Assembly (NCBI GenBank): GCA_023301025.1
Contig: JALZUR010000005.1
Location: 10,771-74,770, forward strand
Origin: Bdellovibrionales bacterium
GTDB taxonomy: Bacteria > Bdellovibrionota > Bdellovibrionia > Bdellovibrionales > UBA1609
Length of the DNA stretch: 64,000 nucleotides
Reading direction: 5' to 3'
Shown here: piece by piece, positions 27,890 through 37,540 of the stretch
Numbering within the stretch: the stretch's first letter is position 1
How the letters are laid out: every line of letters begins with the position of its first letter
Notes under the pieces: generated by a model
What the model was told of the DNA's origin: nothing
Seen by the model: the letters and a program-made list of their open reading frames with translations, nothing else
Database searches by the model: none
Made by a program: the position numbers and the translations under genes

Positions 27890-29430
27890 GTTCAAGACAA
27901 AGTCACTTAGCTCAAAAGCAGGCCTACATGGTCAAAGCTCTTTTAGAAGAAAAGGGTCATTCTGTTGAGTTGTATCTTAAGCCTTCTTTTGGAGATCTCA
28001 ATCTCGATATTGATCTTAGTAAAACAGAAGAGAAAGGTGTCTTCACTAGCGATTTCACTAAGCTCTTGCACGATAAAAAGGTGGACTGTGTGGTTCACTC
28101 GTGGAAAGACTTACCGATTGAGCTTAGTGGAGCCACAGATGTTGTGGCGACTCTAAAAAGAGAAGATTCTAGAGATCTTTTTATAGTTAAAAAGACTGCA
28201 CTTCAAAAAAAAGACTGGTGTCTTTTAACCTCAAGTCCAAGAAGAGAATTTCATATAAAAAAGTTTTTTGACTACCTTCAGTCCAGTGAAGTAGAGGCGT
28301 CTGATAAAAGTGAAGAGTGTGATACCTCTTTTGCTTTTGCAAAAAAAAAATTAAATATCAGCTTTAAAGCTATTCGTGGAAATATTCCAACCCGGTTTAA
28401 AAAATTTTTAGAAGATAATGAAGCTGATGGTTTTTGTGTGGCTCTTGCTGCTGTAAAGAGATTAGTAAATGATAAAAGTTTTAATTCTGATTACCCTGGT
28501 CTTTGGTTGAAGCTTTTAAAAACTTGTGAGTGGTGTGTTCTTCCTGAAAGTTTATGCCCATCAGCTGCTGCACAAGGGGCTCTAGCTTTAGAGGTTTTAA
28601 CTGATAGAAAAGATTTGATAAAAGCTTTACAAGAGATCAATCATGAATCTGACAAGCAATCAGTAATTGAAGAACGTGTTATGCTTAAAAAATACGGTGG
28701 AGGCTGCCACTTAGCCATTGGCACACAAGTTTTTAAGTTAAAACGTGGCGACTTAAAAATAAACTCAGGCTATCACAATGGTGAAAGTTTTCATGATATT
28801 GAGTTTGTACCACCCATGCCTTATCCAAAAAAAATTGAAAAAGATAAACTTTGGATTTCAACTAAAAATGTTAAAGCTGTGCGAACTAAAGATTATCAAA
28901 AGTTAGAATCTAAGAATTCGTCTATCCTGGTTACACGAAAAGAGTCTTATTCTTCTGTAAAAGACCAAGAGTATTCAGAACTATTCACTTCAGGAGTTAA
29001 AACCTGGAGAGCTCTGTTTAAAAAAGGTACCTGGGTCAATGGTTGTCTCGATTCTTTAGGTGCAGACTATTATCCAAAAGATATATTTTCAAAAGGGATT
29101 GATACACATTATTGGTTAACTAGAAGTGGTGTTGAAGGTCCTATAGGTTTTGAGACTCTATCAACTTATGATTTGTCTTGTAGTGTTAAAACTTCAAGTT
29201 TTGATGGCTGTGAGTACTTTGTGTGGATGAGTGGAGAACTTCTTTTAGACAGTCTCAAAAAATACCCAGAATTGAGAAATAAAATTCATTTTCTTGGACT
29301 CGGCAGATCTTTTGATAAAGTAGAGTACATAATTAATAAGGGTGATGAGGATACTTTTCTTAAAAAAGGAGTGAACCTTTTTGCCTTTTACAATATAAAA
29401 CAAATCACAAAATCACTTTTAAAAGGATAA
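27874..29430 (+). CDS. hemC: Hydroxymethylbilane synthase with a ~200-aa C-terminal extension
   Basis: LGSRQSHLA, KGVFT, VHSWKDLP, TSSPRR, IRGNIPTR, AAAQGAL, GGCHLAIG. Confidence 0.9.
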   Translation: MHIKLGSRQSHLAQKQAYMVKALLEEKGHSVELYLKPSFGDLNLDIDLSKTEEKGVFTSDFTKLLHDKKVDCVVHSWKDLPIELSGATDVVATLKREDSRDLFIVKKTALQKKDWCLLTSSPRREFHIKKFFDYLQSSEVEASDKSEECDTSFAFAKKKLNISFKAIRGNIPTRFKKFLEDNEADGFCVALAAVKRLVNDKSFNSDYPGLWLKLLKTCEWCVLPESLCPSAAAQGALALEVLTDRKDLIKALQEINHESDKQSVIEERVMLKKYGGGCHLAIGTQVFKLKRGDLKINSGYHNGESFHDIEFVPPMPYPKKIEKDKLWISTKNVKAVRTKDYQKLESKNSSILVTRKESYSSVKDQEYSELFTSGVKTWRALFKKGTWVNGCLDSLGADYYPKDIFSKGIDTHYWLTRSGVEGPIGFETLSTYDLSCSVKTSSFDGCEYFVWMSGELLLDSLKKYPELRNKIHFLGLGRSFDKVEYIINKGDEDTFLKKGVNLFAFYNIKQITKSLLKG

Positions 29431-29436
29431 TTAAAT

Positions 29437-30723
29437 ATGTCTCTTTCAGAAGAATATTACAAAAGATCACTGAACGTTTGCCCGGGTGGGGTTCATTCGC
29501 CTGTTCGCTCATATAAGGCTGTTGGCGGAACACCTGTATTTTTTAAAGAAGGAAGAGGTGCTCACCTTACTTCAGTAGAAAATGAAAGTTATATAGATTT
29601 TTGCCAAAGTTTTGGGCCTTTAATACTTGGCCATAGAGACCCAGAAGTTGAAGAGGCAGTGCTCAGTCAAATTGGTTCTCTATGGACAAGTGGGACCTGT
29701 GAAGCCTATTCATTAGAGCTTGGTGAGTGGATCATTGAGCATGTTCCAGCTGTCGAGAAGTTAAGATTTGTTAGTTCTGGAACTGAGGCTGTAATGAGTG
29801 CTTTAAGAGTGGCAAGAGCTGTTACAAAACGTGATAAGGTTTTAAAATTTGAGGGTTGCTATCACGGCCATGTAGACTCTTTACTCGTTGAAGCTGGAAG
29901 TGGTTTAGCAGGTGTGAGTGCATCAAGTTCAGCTGGTGTAAGTTCGATTCAAGCCTCGCAAACATTAGTCTGTCCTCTTAATGATAAAGAGGCATATTTA
30001 AAAATTTTAGAAGAAAACAAAGACGATATTGCTGCTGTTATCATAGAGCCCCTTCCTGCAAATTTTGGTTTGATTGAGCTTGATCATGAGTATTTAAAAT
30101 TTGTAGTGGATGAAGCTCAGAAGCGATGTGCTCTAGTTATTTTTGATGAAGTTATTTCAGGCTTTAGAGCCGCCCTTGGTGGAATGGCAGAAGTTTTAAA
30201 CATTAAACCAGATCTAGTCACATACGGTAAAGTTATGGGTGGTGGTTTTCCTGTAGGGTGTTATGGAGGGCGAAAAGAGTTTATGGATTTAGTAGCTCCT
30301 GTTGGTCCTGTGTATCAAGCAGGAACCTTAAGTGCAAACCCTGTGGGTATGGTTGCTGGCCTTACTACATTAAAAAAAGCAAAGCGTGAAAACATTTGGA
30401 AGACTTTTACTGAAAGATCCAAGATGATGAGTGAAGACTTTAACTCGTGGTCTAAATCCGAAGGCCTTAAAAAAAGAATGCACACTTTTGGTTCTTTATT
30501 TTGGATTTGTGAAACAGAGATTGGCAAGCTTAACTCCATTAAAGACATTCCTAAAGACCATGGTGAAAAGTTTAAATCTTTTTTTAAAAGTTTGTTAGAC
30601 CAAAAGCTCTACCTTGCACCTAATGGTTATGAAGTGGGATTTCTGGGTTTAGCTCACACAGAAGAGGTTTTAAAAGAGTCTTTAGATATTTTCAAAAAAG
30701 CCTGTAAAGAAACAAGCTCTTAA
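29437..30723 (+). CDS. hemL: Glutamate-1-semialdehyde 2,1-aminomutase
   Basis: PGGVHSPVR, RFVSSGTEA, GCYHGH, FDEVISGFR, YGKVMGGGFPVG, QAGTLSANP. Confidence 0.96.
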   Translation: MSLSEEYYKRSLNVCPGGVHSPVRSYKAVGGTPVFFKEGRGAHLTSVENESYIDFCQSFGPLILGHRDPEVEEAVLSQIGSLWTSGTCEAYSLELGEWIIEHVPAVEKLRFVSSGTEAVMSALRVARAVTKRDKVLKFEGCYHGHVDSLLVEAGSGLAGVSASSSAGVSSIQASQTLVCPLNDKEAYLKILEENKDDIAAVIIEPLPANFGLIELDHEYLKFVVDEAQKRCALVIFDEVISGFRAALGGMAEVLNIKPDLVTYGKVMGGGFPVGCYGGRKEFMDLVAPVGPVYQAGTLSANPVGMVAGLTTLKKAKRENIWKTFTERSKMMSEDFNSWSKSEGLKKRMHTFGSLFWICETEIGKLNSIKDIPKDHGEKFKSFFKSLLDQKLYLAPNGYEVGFLGLAHTEEVLKESLDIFKKACKETSS

Positions 30724-30736
30724 GGTTTTTTTAAGT

Positions 30737-31657
30737 ATGAAGCTTTTCGTTCATTTTTTAAAAAAGTATATATCAGGTCTTTTGGTGGGCTTATGGGCAG
30801 TCTTTACGTTAGCTCTTTTGATTTGGTGGGTTGTTTTCAGTTTAAAACAGTTTGAAAGTATTAAAACTCTATCTCTTCAAGAAAACACACTGATTTTAAA
30901 AAACCAAACTATGTTGATTTATGAAGGCATCACACTTTTTATATGTATGCTCATGGGGTCAACGGCTTTGATTTATTTTGTCTACCGTGAAAACTTAAGA
31001 TTAAAAGAAAGAAAAGATTTTTTATCAGTCTTCACCCATGATTTAAAAACAACACTCACTTCTTTAAGCCTTAGGTTTCAACGCATAACAAATCAAGATA
31101 AACCTGAGAAAATAAAATCTGATGTTAAAGAGATGCAAAAGATTGGCTTGCGTTTAAATCAGCAGCTTCAAAATGCTTTGCAATTTTCTTATTTTGAATT
31201 CAATAAAGCTTTTATTGAAACTATGAATTTAAATAAAGAGCTTAAATTTATTTGTCTTTTGTGGCCAGACTTAGAAGTTGATATAGATAAAGAGCCGATG
31301 TGGATCAAAGCTGATGCTTCACTTGTTCGGGGAGTGGTGAGCAACCTTATTCAAAATGCCTATGATCACTCTAATTCAAGGAATCTTAAAATTTTTGTAA
31401 AATTTAAAAAATCGAACAGTAAAAATTTAGAAGTTGTTTTTGAACCCCTTGATGGTGACCCTTACAAAGGAAGGTTAAATCTTTTTAAAGCTGATTATAA
31501 TTATGAAAAAGCAAAGGACAGCTCTGGTTTGGGACTTCATCTGTCTAAAAAAATTATGAAAAAATTTGGCGGTTATTTAGACTTTTCACTAAATCAGAAA
31601 AATTTCTTAGTGTCTCATTTGGTCTTTATTAAAAGTACTGATTTTGGTGAGGTATAG
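30737..31657 (+). CDS. Membrane sensor histidine kinase
   Basis: Two TM helices, H-box THDLKT, N-box NLIQNA, G2 SSGLGL. Confidence 0.85.
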   Translation: MKLFVHFLKKYISGLLVGLWAVFTLALLIWWVVFSLKQFESIKTLSLQENTLILKNQTMLIYEGITLFICMLMGSTALIYFVYRENLRLKERKDFLSVFTHDLKTTLTSLSLRFQRITNQDKPEKIKSDVKEMQKIGLRLNQQLQNALQFSYFEFNKAFIETMNLNKELKFICLLWPDLEVDIDKEPMWIKADASLVRGVVSNLIQNAYDHSNSRNLKIFVKFKKSNSKNLEVVFEPLDGDPYKGRLNLFKADYNYEKAKDSSGLGLHLSKKIMKKFGGYLDFSLNQKNFLVSHLVFIKSTDFGEV

Positions 31658-31660
31658 AAT

Positions 31661-32362
31661 ATGAAAGGGCTCTATGTTGAAGATGATCTTGAGCTTTCTA
31701 AAGTTGTTATAGAAAGTTTAGAAGAAAGAGGTGTTTCTGTTAAATGGACACGTTCTGTTAAAGACTCTATTGAAGCTTTAAAAAATGAAACATTTAGTTT
31801 CTATATTCTCGACCTTGGGCTCATCGACGGCGAAGGTTTTTCAGTCGCTGACTTTATAAAACAAAATAATCTTAGAGGTCCGCTTATTTTTTTAACAGCA
31901 CGCTCGGAGGCAAAAGATAGGCTTAAAGGTTATGAATTTGGTGCTTGTGAGTACATACCAAAGCCTTTTTTGTTTGAAGAGCTTTGGATAAGACTTGATC
32001 ACGCTTTGAGTGAGCACGGAGAACCTGATGTCTTTAGACTAGCGAAAGATCTTGTTTTTGATTTTAAAGCCCAACAGCTTAATTTTGAAGAGACTACAGA
32101 CAAAAACTCGGACTTTTTTGGAGCTGTTAAATTGAGTTTAAAAGAATCTTTGTTTTTAAAACAAATTATTGAAGAAAGTCCCAAAGCTGTGAGACGATCA
32201 GAAGTGTTAGATAAAGTTTGGGGAAATGGAAAGTATCCGACAGAAAGAACTGTTGATAATTTAGTTTTGAAACTTAGACAAAAGTTAGGCGCTTCAGGTT
32301 CTAGAGTTGAATCTATAAGGGGTGTTGGTTACAAATGGAGCGAGGATAAATATGAACACTAA
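31661..32362 (+). CDS. OmpR-family response regulator
   Basis: VEDD, ILDLGL, FLTA, KPF receiver motifs; winged helix VDNLVLKLRQKL...SIRGVGY. Confidence 0.92.
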   Translation: MKGLYVEDDLELSKVVIESLEERGVSVKWTRSVKDSIEALKNETFSFYILDLGLIDGEGFSVADFIKQNNLRGPLIFLTARSEAKDRLKGYEFGACEYIPKPFLFEELWIRLDHALSEHGEPDVFRLAKDLVFDFKAQQLNFEETTDKNSDFFGAVKLSLKESLFLKQIIEESPKAVRRSEVLDKVWGNGKYPTERTVDNLVLKLRQKLGASGSRVESIRGVGYKWSEDKYEH

Positions 32363-33383
32363 ATTTCAAAATGCATTAAACTTAGAAGAACAAAGAGTTC
32401 CTCCTATTTGGATGATGAGACAGGCGGGGCGTTACCAAAAAACTTACAGAGCTCTAAGAGAAAAACACAGTTTTGAGAGACTTTGCAAAGAGCCAGAACT
32501 TTCTGCAAAAGTGGGTTTAAATGCTATTTTAGAGTTTGATTTTGATCTATGTATTTTATTTTCTGATATTCTATTTCCACTTGAAGCTCTAGGTATGGGT
32601 CTGTCTTATGATCCAGCGCCAAACCTTTCGTGGAAACTTGATACAAAAGATGATTTTAAAAAATTTAAGGATGCTGACGAGGCTCTAAATTTTATGAGTT
32701 TTCAATCTGATGCTTTGAAAGCCACAAGATCTGTTCTTCCAAAGGATAAAAGTCTTATTGGTTTTGTAGGTGGGTATTGGACGTTATTTGGATATGCTGT
32801 AGAAGGAAGTCACAAAGGAAGCATGTTAGAAACAAAAAAAAGAAGAGATCTTTTTTCTGATTTTACAAAAGACTATATGCATCCGTTAATTAAAAAAAAT
32901 ATTGAGCTTCAGCTTAATTCAGGTGCTGAACTCGTAATGGTCTTTGACACAGCCTTAGGTGAAGTAGATGTATCTTTTTATAGAAAAGAAATATTTCCTT
33001 TTATTAAAGACCTGGCAAAAAGTTTTCCTAATAAACTTGGGTACTACACAAAGGGAACAACGAGTGATTATTTTTTTGATGATTTCTATGAATTACCTTT
33101 TTTAGGTATGGGTTGGGATCACAGGTGGGATCTTACGAAAGTTTTAAAACAAAAAAAATATAAAGGATTTGTACAAGGAAACTTTGACCAAGCGTTGCTC
33201 CATCAAAAGCCCGCTGATTTTAAATTGAGTCTTGAAAACTATTTAGATCAGTTTAAAGATTTAAGTTCAGAGCATTTAAAAGGTTTAGTTCTTGGTCTTG
33301 GTCATGGTGTTCTTCCAAAGACTCCTGAAGACAATGTAAAAGCTTTTATGGACATTGCTAGAGACAGTTTTGACAAGAGATAA
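32322..33383 (+). CDS. hemE: Uroporphyrinogen decarboxylase (start probably the ATG at 32352)
   Basis: PIWMMRQAGRY, ILFSDIL, LIGFVGG, LGLGHGVLPKTP. Confidence 0.95.
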   Translation: MLVTNGARINMNTKFQNALNLEEQRVPPIWMMRQAGRYQKTYRALREKHSFERLCKEPELSAKVGLNAILEFDFDLCILFSDILFPLEALGMGLSYDPAPNLSWKLDTKDDFKKFKDADEALNFMSFQSDALKATRSVLPKDKSLIGFVGGYWTLFGYAVEGSHKGSMLETKKRRDLFSDFTKDYMHPLIKKNIELQLNSGAELVMVFDTALGEVDVSFYRKEIFPFIKDLAKSFPNKLGYYTKGTTSDYFFDDFYELPFLGMGWDHRWDLTKVLKQKKYKGFVQGNFDQALLHQKPADFKLSLENYLDQFKDLSSEHLKGLVLGLGHGVLPKTPEDNVKAFMDIARDSFDKR

Positions 33384-34563
33384 AACTGAAGTCTTTGTTT
33401 ACGGCGCTGGTGTTAGTGGACTTATTGCGGCTTATTATTTAAATAAAAAAAAATTAAAGGTTTCAATTGTAGATCCTTTTAATGAGCCTGTTTTACAAAC
33501 ACATATAAAGAAAGAAGGTCTAATTGAGTGGGCTGCAAACTCGCTTTTAATGAACCTTGAATCAAAAGAACTCTTAGATAATATTGGTTTAGAGTATATC
33601 AATTACAGTGAAGCTGGCAAAAAAAAGTTCTTTTATAGAAGTGGTGAACTTTGTAGATGGCCTTTAAACTTTATTGAGAGTTTACAGTTAATTCCCTTTT
33701 TCTTTAAAATTTTATTTTTTAAAAAATATTTAAAGCCTAAACAGAATGTAACTTTAAAAAACTGGTCTTTAAAACATCTGCCAGAAGCTTTTTATGAAAG
33801 AGTTTTCAAAAGAGGACTTCAAGGCGTTTACGGACCTAATATAGATAAACTTTCATCCAATTTAGTTTTAAAACCTTTTTTAGATCAAAGAAAATCAAAA
33901 TCTTTAGGGAGTGTTAGTTTTAAAAGTGGTATGCAAGAACTTCCAAAAAAACTTAAAGACTACTTAACCAAAAATGGTGTTATTTTTTTAAAACAAGAAC
34001 CTGTAGGAAAAAAAGCTATTAGAGTTGTTTCTACTCCGGCACATTCTTTGCCCTCTTGTGTAGACAATAAAGCAAAAGAGATTTTAGAAAAAGTTATGTA
34101 TCATAATATTTCAATTGTTACCTTTTTTGTTAATGAAGATTCTAAAATGCCTTTCTCTGGTTTTGGTGCTGTTTTTGAAGATGAGCCAGGTGTTTTAGGT
34201 TTGATTTTAAATTCTGAGCTTTTTGAAAACAGAGCAAGTGAAGGCTTATCATCTGAGACCTGGATTGTTGATGGAACCATTTTAAAAGATGAATCTAATG
34301 CGATAGACTCAATTCAGGCCTTAAGACATAAAATGATTGGAAAAGAGTCAGATGTTACTGCACATTATTATAAAAATTGGGAGAGAGCTTTTCCGGTTTA
34401 TGACATTAAACTTGAAAATGCTTTAAAAGAATTAGAAGTTTCCAAAGATCTTTTTTATTTTGCTAACTGGACAGGTTCTTTAGGTATTGGAAAACTTATA
34501 GCCAAAGGCAAAAGCTTTTCAGAAGAGGTTTGTCGATCAAATAATATTAGCGTAAATGAGTAA
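33355..34563 (+). CDS. hemY: HemY-type FAD-dependent (proto/copro)porphyrinogen oxidase
   Basis: GAGVSGL dinucleotide motif, FKSGMQELP, FSGFG, LGLILNSELFENRA, WERAFPVY; position in the haem operon. Confidence 0.8.
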   Translation: MLETVLTRDKTEVFVYGAGVSGLIAAYYLNKKKLKVSIVDPFNEPVLQTHIKKEGLIEWAANSLLMNLESKELLDNIGLEYINYSEAGKKKFFYRSGELCRWPLNFIESLQLIPFFFKILFFKKYLKPKQNVTLKNWSLKHLPEAFYERVFKRGLQGVYGPNIDKLSSNLVLKPFLDQRKSKSLGSVSFKSGMQELPKKLKDYLTKNGVIFLKQEPVGKKAIRVVSTPAHSLPSCVDNKAKEILEKVMYHNISIVTFFVNEDSKMPFSGFGAVFEDEPGVLGLILNSELFENRASEGLSSETWIVDGTILKDESNAIDSIQALRHKMIGKESDVTAHYYKNWERAFPVYDIKLENALKELEVSKDLFYFANWTGSLGIGKLIAKGKSFSEEVCRSNNISVNE

Positions 34564-34612
34564 GTGCTTTACGTATTAGATCTAGATTTAAAAAAATTAA
34601 TTTAAAAAGTGA

Positions 34613-35629
34613 GTGTTAAAAGTGGCGAAAAAAGGTTTAGTTTTTATTAATATTGGAACACCTGAAGATTTAAGTGTAGAGGCTGTAAAAAAGTATTTAA
34701 AACTTTTTTTAATGGATAAGTACGTTATCGATCTTCCTTTTCCTATAAGATGGGTTTTAGTAAATATGATTATTGCACCATTTAGGGCAAAAAAAAGCTA
34801 TGAAGCCTATAAAGAGATTTGGTCTGATAAAGGGTCTCCTCTTGAAGTGTACACTAAAGAACTTGTAGAAGACGCCACAAAGTCTTTAAATGACAGTTGG
34901 CATGTTGAATATGCCATGAGTTATTCAAATCCTTTTATTAGTGATGTCTTAGATACTCTAAACAAAAAAGGTGTAGAAGAGATTTATATTCTTCCTATGT
35001 ATCCCCAGTATGCCGAATCAACCTCAAGAAGTACTATCGAAGCTGCCTTAGAGTGGGGTGAAAAACATTCATCTGTTAAGATCAAAACCTTAGAATACTT
35101 TTTTGATCATATATCTTTTGTAAAATCCTCTAAAGATAAAATTAGTCAGCAAATTCAGACTTTAGATGATGATACGCACTATTTGTTTAGCTATCATGGT
35201 CTTCCTTTTAGGCATGTAAAAAAACTTCACCCTAAACATTGTAAGAATGATAAGTCTTGTTGTAGCACACTTGATGAAAAAAATGAGTTTTGTTACAGGG
35301 CTCAATGCCACCACACCACAGAAATCTTAGCTAAAGAGCTTGGTTTAAAAGACTATTCGTATTCATTTCAAAGTAGACTTGGAAAAGACCAGTGGCTGCT
35401 CCCTTATACAGTTAATCACGTTGCAGAGCTTGCAAAGTCTAATAAAAAGAAGATTGCTGTTCTTCCATATGCATTTACAATAGACTGTTTAGAAACAGAA
35501 GAAGAGATAGAGGCCGAAGTTCAAGAAGCTTTTAAAGAAGCCGGAGGAGAGCACTTTCATAGAGTCGAGTGTTTAAATAGGGATTTTTCAAAAGTTTTAG
35601 ATGATAAGTTTTTCGAATCATTTTCTTAA
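34613..35629 (+). CDS. hemH: Ferrochelatase
   Basis: INIGTP, GSPL, PMYPQYAEST, FSYHGLP, FQSRLG, WLLPYT, DCLETEEEI. Confidence 0.95.
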   Translation: MLKVAKKGLVFINIGTPEDLSVEAVKKYLKLFLMDKYVIDLPFPIRWVLVNMIIAPFRAKKSYEAYKEIWSDKGSPLEVYTKELVEDATKSLNDSWHVEYAMSYSNPFISDVLDTLNKKGVEEIYILPMYPQYAESTSRSTIEAALEWGEKHSSVKIKTLEYFFDHISFVKSSKDKISQQIQTLDDDTHYLFSYHGLPFRHVKKLHPKHCKNDKSCCSTLDEKNEFCYRAQCHHTTEILAKELGLKDYSYSFQSRLGKDQWLLPYTVNHVAELAKSNKKKIAVLPYAFTIDCLETEEEIEAEVQEAFKEAGGEHFHRVECLNRDFSKVLDDKFFESFS

Positions 35630-35731
35630 AAAACTATATTAGTAATGTGACATTTTTTGTTTACAATTTATAGAATCGTTTAATAGTTCTACATTATAGC
35701 TGTCTGAGTTAGAAAAAATAACATTTCATAG

Positions 35732-35747
35732 TGGTAAGGTTTTTGCT
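35732..35747 (+). promoter_or_regulatory. Sigma54 -24/-12 promoter for the 35762 gene
   Basis: TGGTAAGGTTTTTGCT = GG-N10-GC. Confidence 0.65.
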
Positions 35748-35761
35748 TCATAACAAATGTT

Positions 35762-37420
35762 ATGAAAAGTTTAAATTTAAAAATCTTAGTTCTCAATTTT
35801 TTGATACTCTCATTTATTGGGCAGTTAGCTTCTGCTAATCTCTGTGTGGATATACTGTCTAAAAAGAGTGATAAGGCTATCGATACATTAATGTCTACAG
35901 ACCCTGAGATTTTTACAGATTCGAGAGTTATTTCAAAAACTGCTGCACAAAGAGATCTAGATCTTTTAAATGCTGAAGCTGAAATTTATGATGAATTGCT
36001 TGCTAAAGGGCAAATAAGAGAAAAAAATAGAGACAGTAAGCTTTATGACTCTTTAATTGTTCCAGTGATTTCAGAACAAGTGTTTTACTTTTACTTAGAA
36101 CTTATGCTTGTAAAGAAAGGTTATTCTAATGATGAGATAAAACTCTTAGAGTCGGATTTTCACAATTTACATTTTCAAAAGCAGTTGGAGTTTGTTCATG
36201 AGCTTGTAGATTATATGGCGTATAACTTGCCAACATATACAGACGTTAGTGATTTAGCAAAATTCAAAGAAGCGGCTGAAGTTTTACAGATTTCAACAGA
36301 CGCTTTGGGTAATTTCATAAGTAAGTGGAATCTTATGGTTTTAGCTGAGCCCAGCTCTTTGTACTGGCTTGTAGATAGTGTACTTTATGAAAGATCAAAA
36401 AGTACATCTACACATAGAGCTGATGGTTCTCTTATGAATAAAGCTCTTAGTTTTTTTAAAGATAAGTTTTCAAAGTCTAAAGAAAGTGTTGATATGATTT
36501 CAGTTGAACCTCCAGAGGTCTCTAAAGAGATTAGTCTTCGTAATCTTATAAATGGAAAGTCAATATTTTATAGTGATCATAGTAAATACTTTGAAATATT
36601 TATTAGATTTACTGAAAAGTTAACACCTGTTGGATTGTTTTATTTTATAAAGAAATATATGAAATTTTTTAATTTCACAGAAAGTAAATTTTTAATGGAA
36701 ACACTTGAGAGGTTAGAGCTTTTAGAAAGTCTTGATAAAGAAACTTACGAATACTTCACAAAACGTCATAATTTACTAATAAAGCTTTATCAACTTCCAG
36801 AAAACAACAACAAAGTCACTCAAACCACTATTGATAATTTGGATCAAAAGATAAGAAGACTAGAAAATAAAAAAACTAACCAGAATTACAATACTGAAAT
36901 GAATAAAGACGAATTTTCACGTATATTACTTTTAGTAGAAGAACTAAAAGAGTCTAGAACTCACGATGAAGTAAAAATAGACTTAGATCAGATCTTTAAA
37001 CTAATGAATTCTTCAGCGTCACCTAAGCAGGCATATACTGTTTTTGAAAAGATTGTTGTAAATTTAGATAAATTTAAAGGTAAAAAACCTGTGCTAAAAC
37101 ACTATTTGAAGTTATTAAAACATCAAAAAAAGCACCCTCTAACAAAAACACTTTTGAATAAGTTGATTGGTCAAATTACATCAATCACTTCTTCTTGGGG
37201 AGACAGTAGTAATTTTGACGATAAGTATAAACTGCTAGACACCTCAAAATGGACTGTTGGTAGTTCTGTAGCAGAAATTGATTTAGAGCTTCAAGCTGAA
37301 ATCGATGCTTCAAAAGAAAAGAGAAAGGCTTATTTAAGTGATTTTGATAGCATAATTAAATCAAATGAAGACTTAGGTAAGACACGTGAGAGTATAATTC
37401 AAAAGCTTATCAATTTATAA
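35762..37420 (+). CDS. Secreted helical orphan protein
   Basis: Signal peptide ending LASA followed by NLCVDIL; 552 aa; no recognised domain. Confidence 0.8.
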   Translation: MKSLNLKILVLNFLILSFIGQLASANLCVDILSKKSDKAIDTLMSTDPEIFTDSRVISKTAAQRDLDLLNAEAEIYDELLAKGQIREKNRDSKLYDSLIVPVISEQVFYFYLELMLVKKGYSNDEIKLLESDFHNLHFQKQLEFVHELVDYMAYNLPTYTDVSDLAKFKEAAEVLQISTDALGNFISKWNLMVLAEPSSLYWLVDSVLYERSKSTSTHRADGSLMNKALSFFKDKFSKSKESVDMISVEPPEVSKEISLRNLINGKSIFYSDHSKYFEIFIRFTEKLTPVGLFYFIKKYMKFFNFTESKFLMETLERLELLESLDKETYEYFTKRHNLLIKLYQLPENNNKVTQTTIDNLDQKIRRLENKKTNQNYNTEMNKDEFSRILLLVEELKESRTHDEVKIDLDQIFKLMNSSASPKQAYTVFEKIVVNLDKFKGKKPVLKHYLKLLKHQKKHPLTKTLLNKLIGQITSITSSWGDSSNFDDKYKLLDTSKWTVGSSVAEIDLELQAEIDASKEKRKAYLSDFDSIIKSNEDLGKTRESIIQKLINL

Positions 37421-37512
37421 TTAAACTCTTTGTATCACTTTGAGACTGTTGCTTAAATGTTATTAAGGTGTAAAGAAAATTATCACTCAAATCAAACCTC
37501 ATAGGTTTAGTT

Positions 37513-37528
37513 TGGTCCCTTATTTGCA
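37513..37528 (+). promoter_or_regulatory. Sigma54 -24/-12 promoter for the 37541 lipoprotein gene
   Basis: TGGTCCCTTATTTGCA = GG-N10-GC. Confidence 0.65.
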
Positions 37529-37540
37529 GCAATAGGCTAT

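Noticed and set aside
28341-28350. A10 run in hemC
   Set aside because: A-runs are frequent in this AT-rich, Lys-rich sequence; the frame is intact and the gene is housekeeping.
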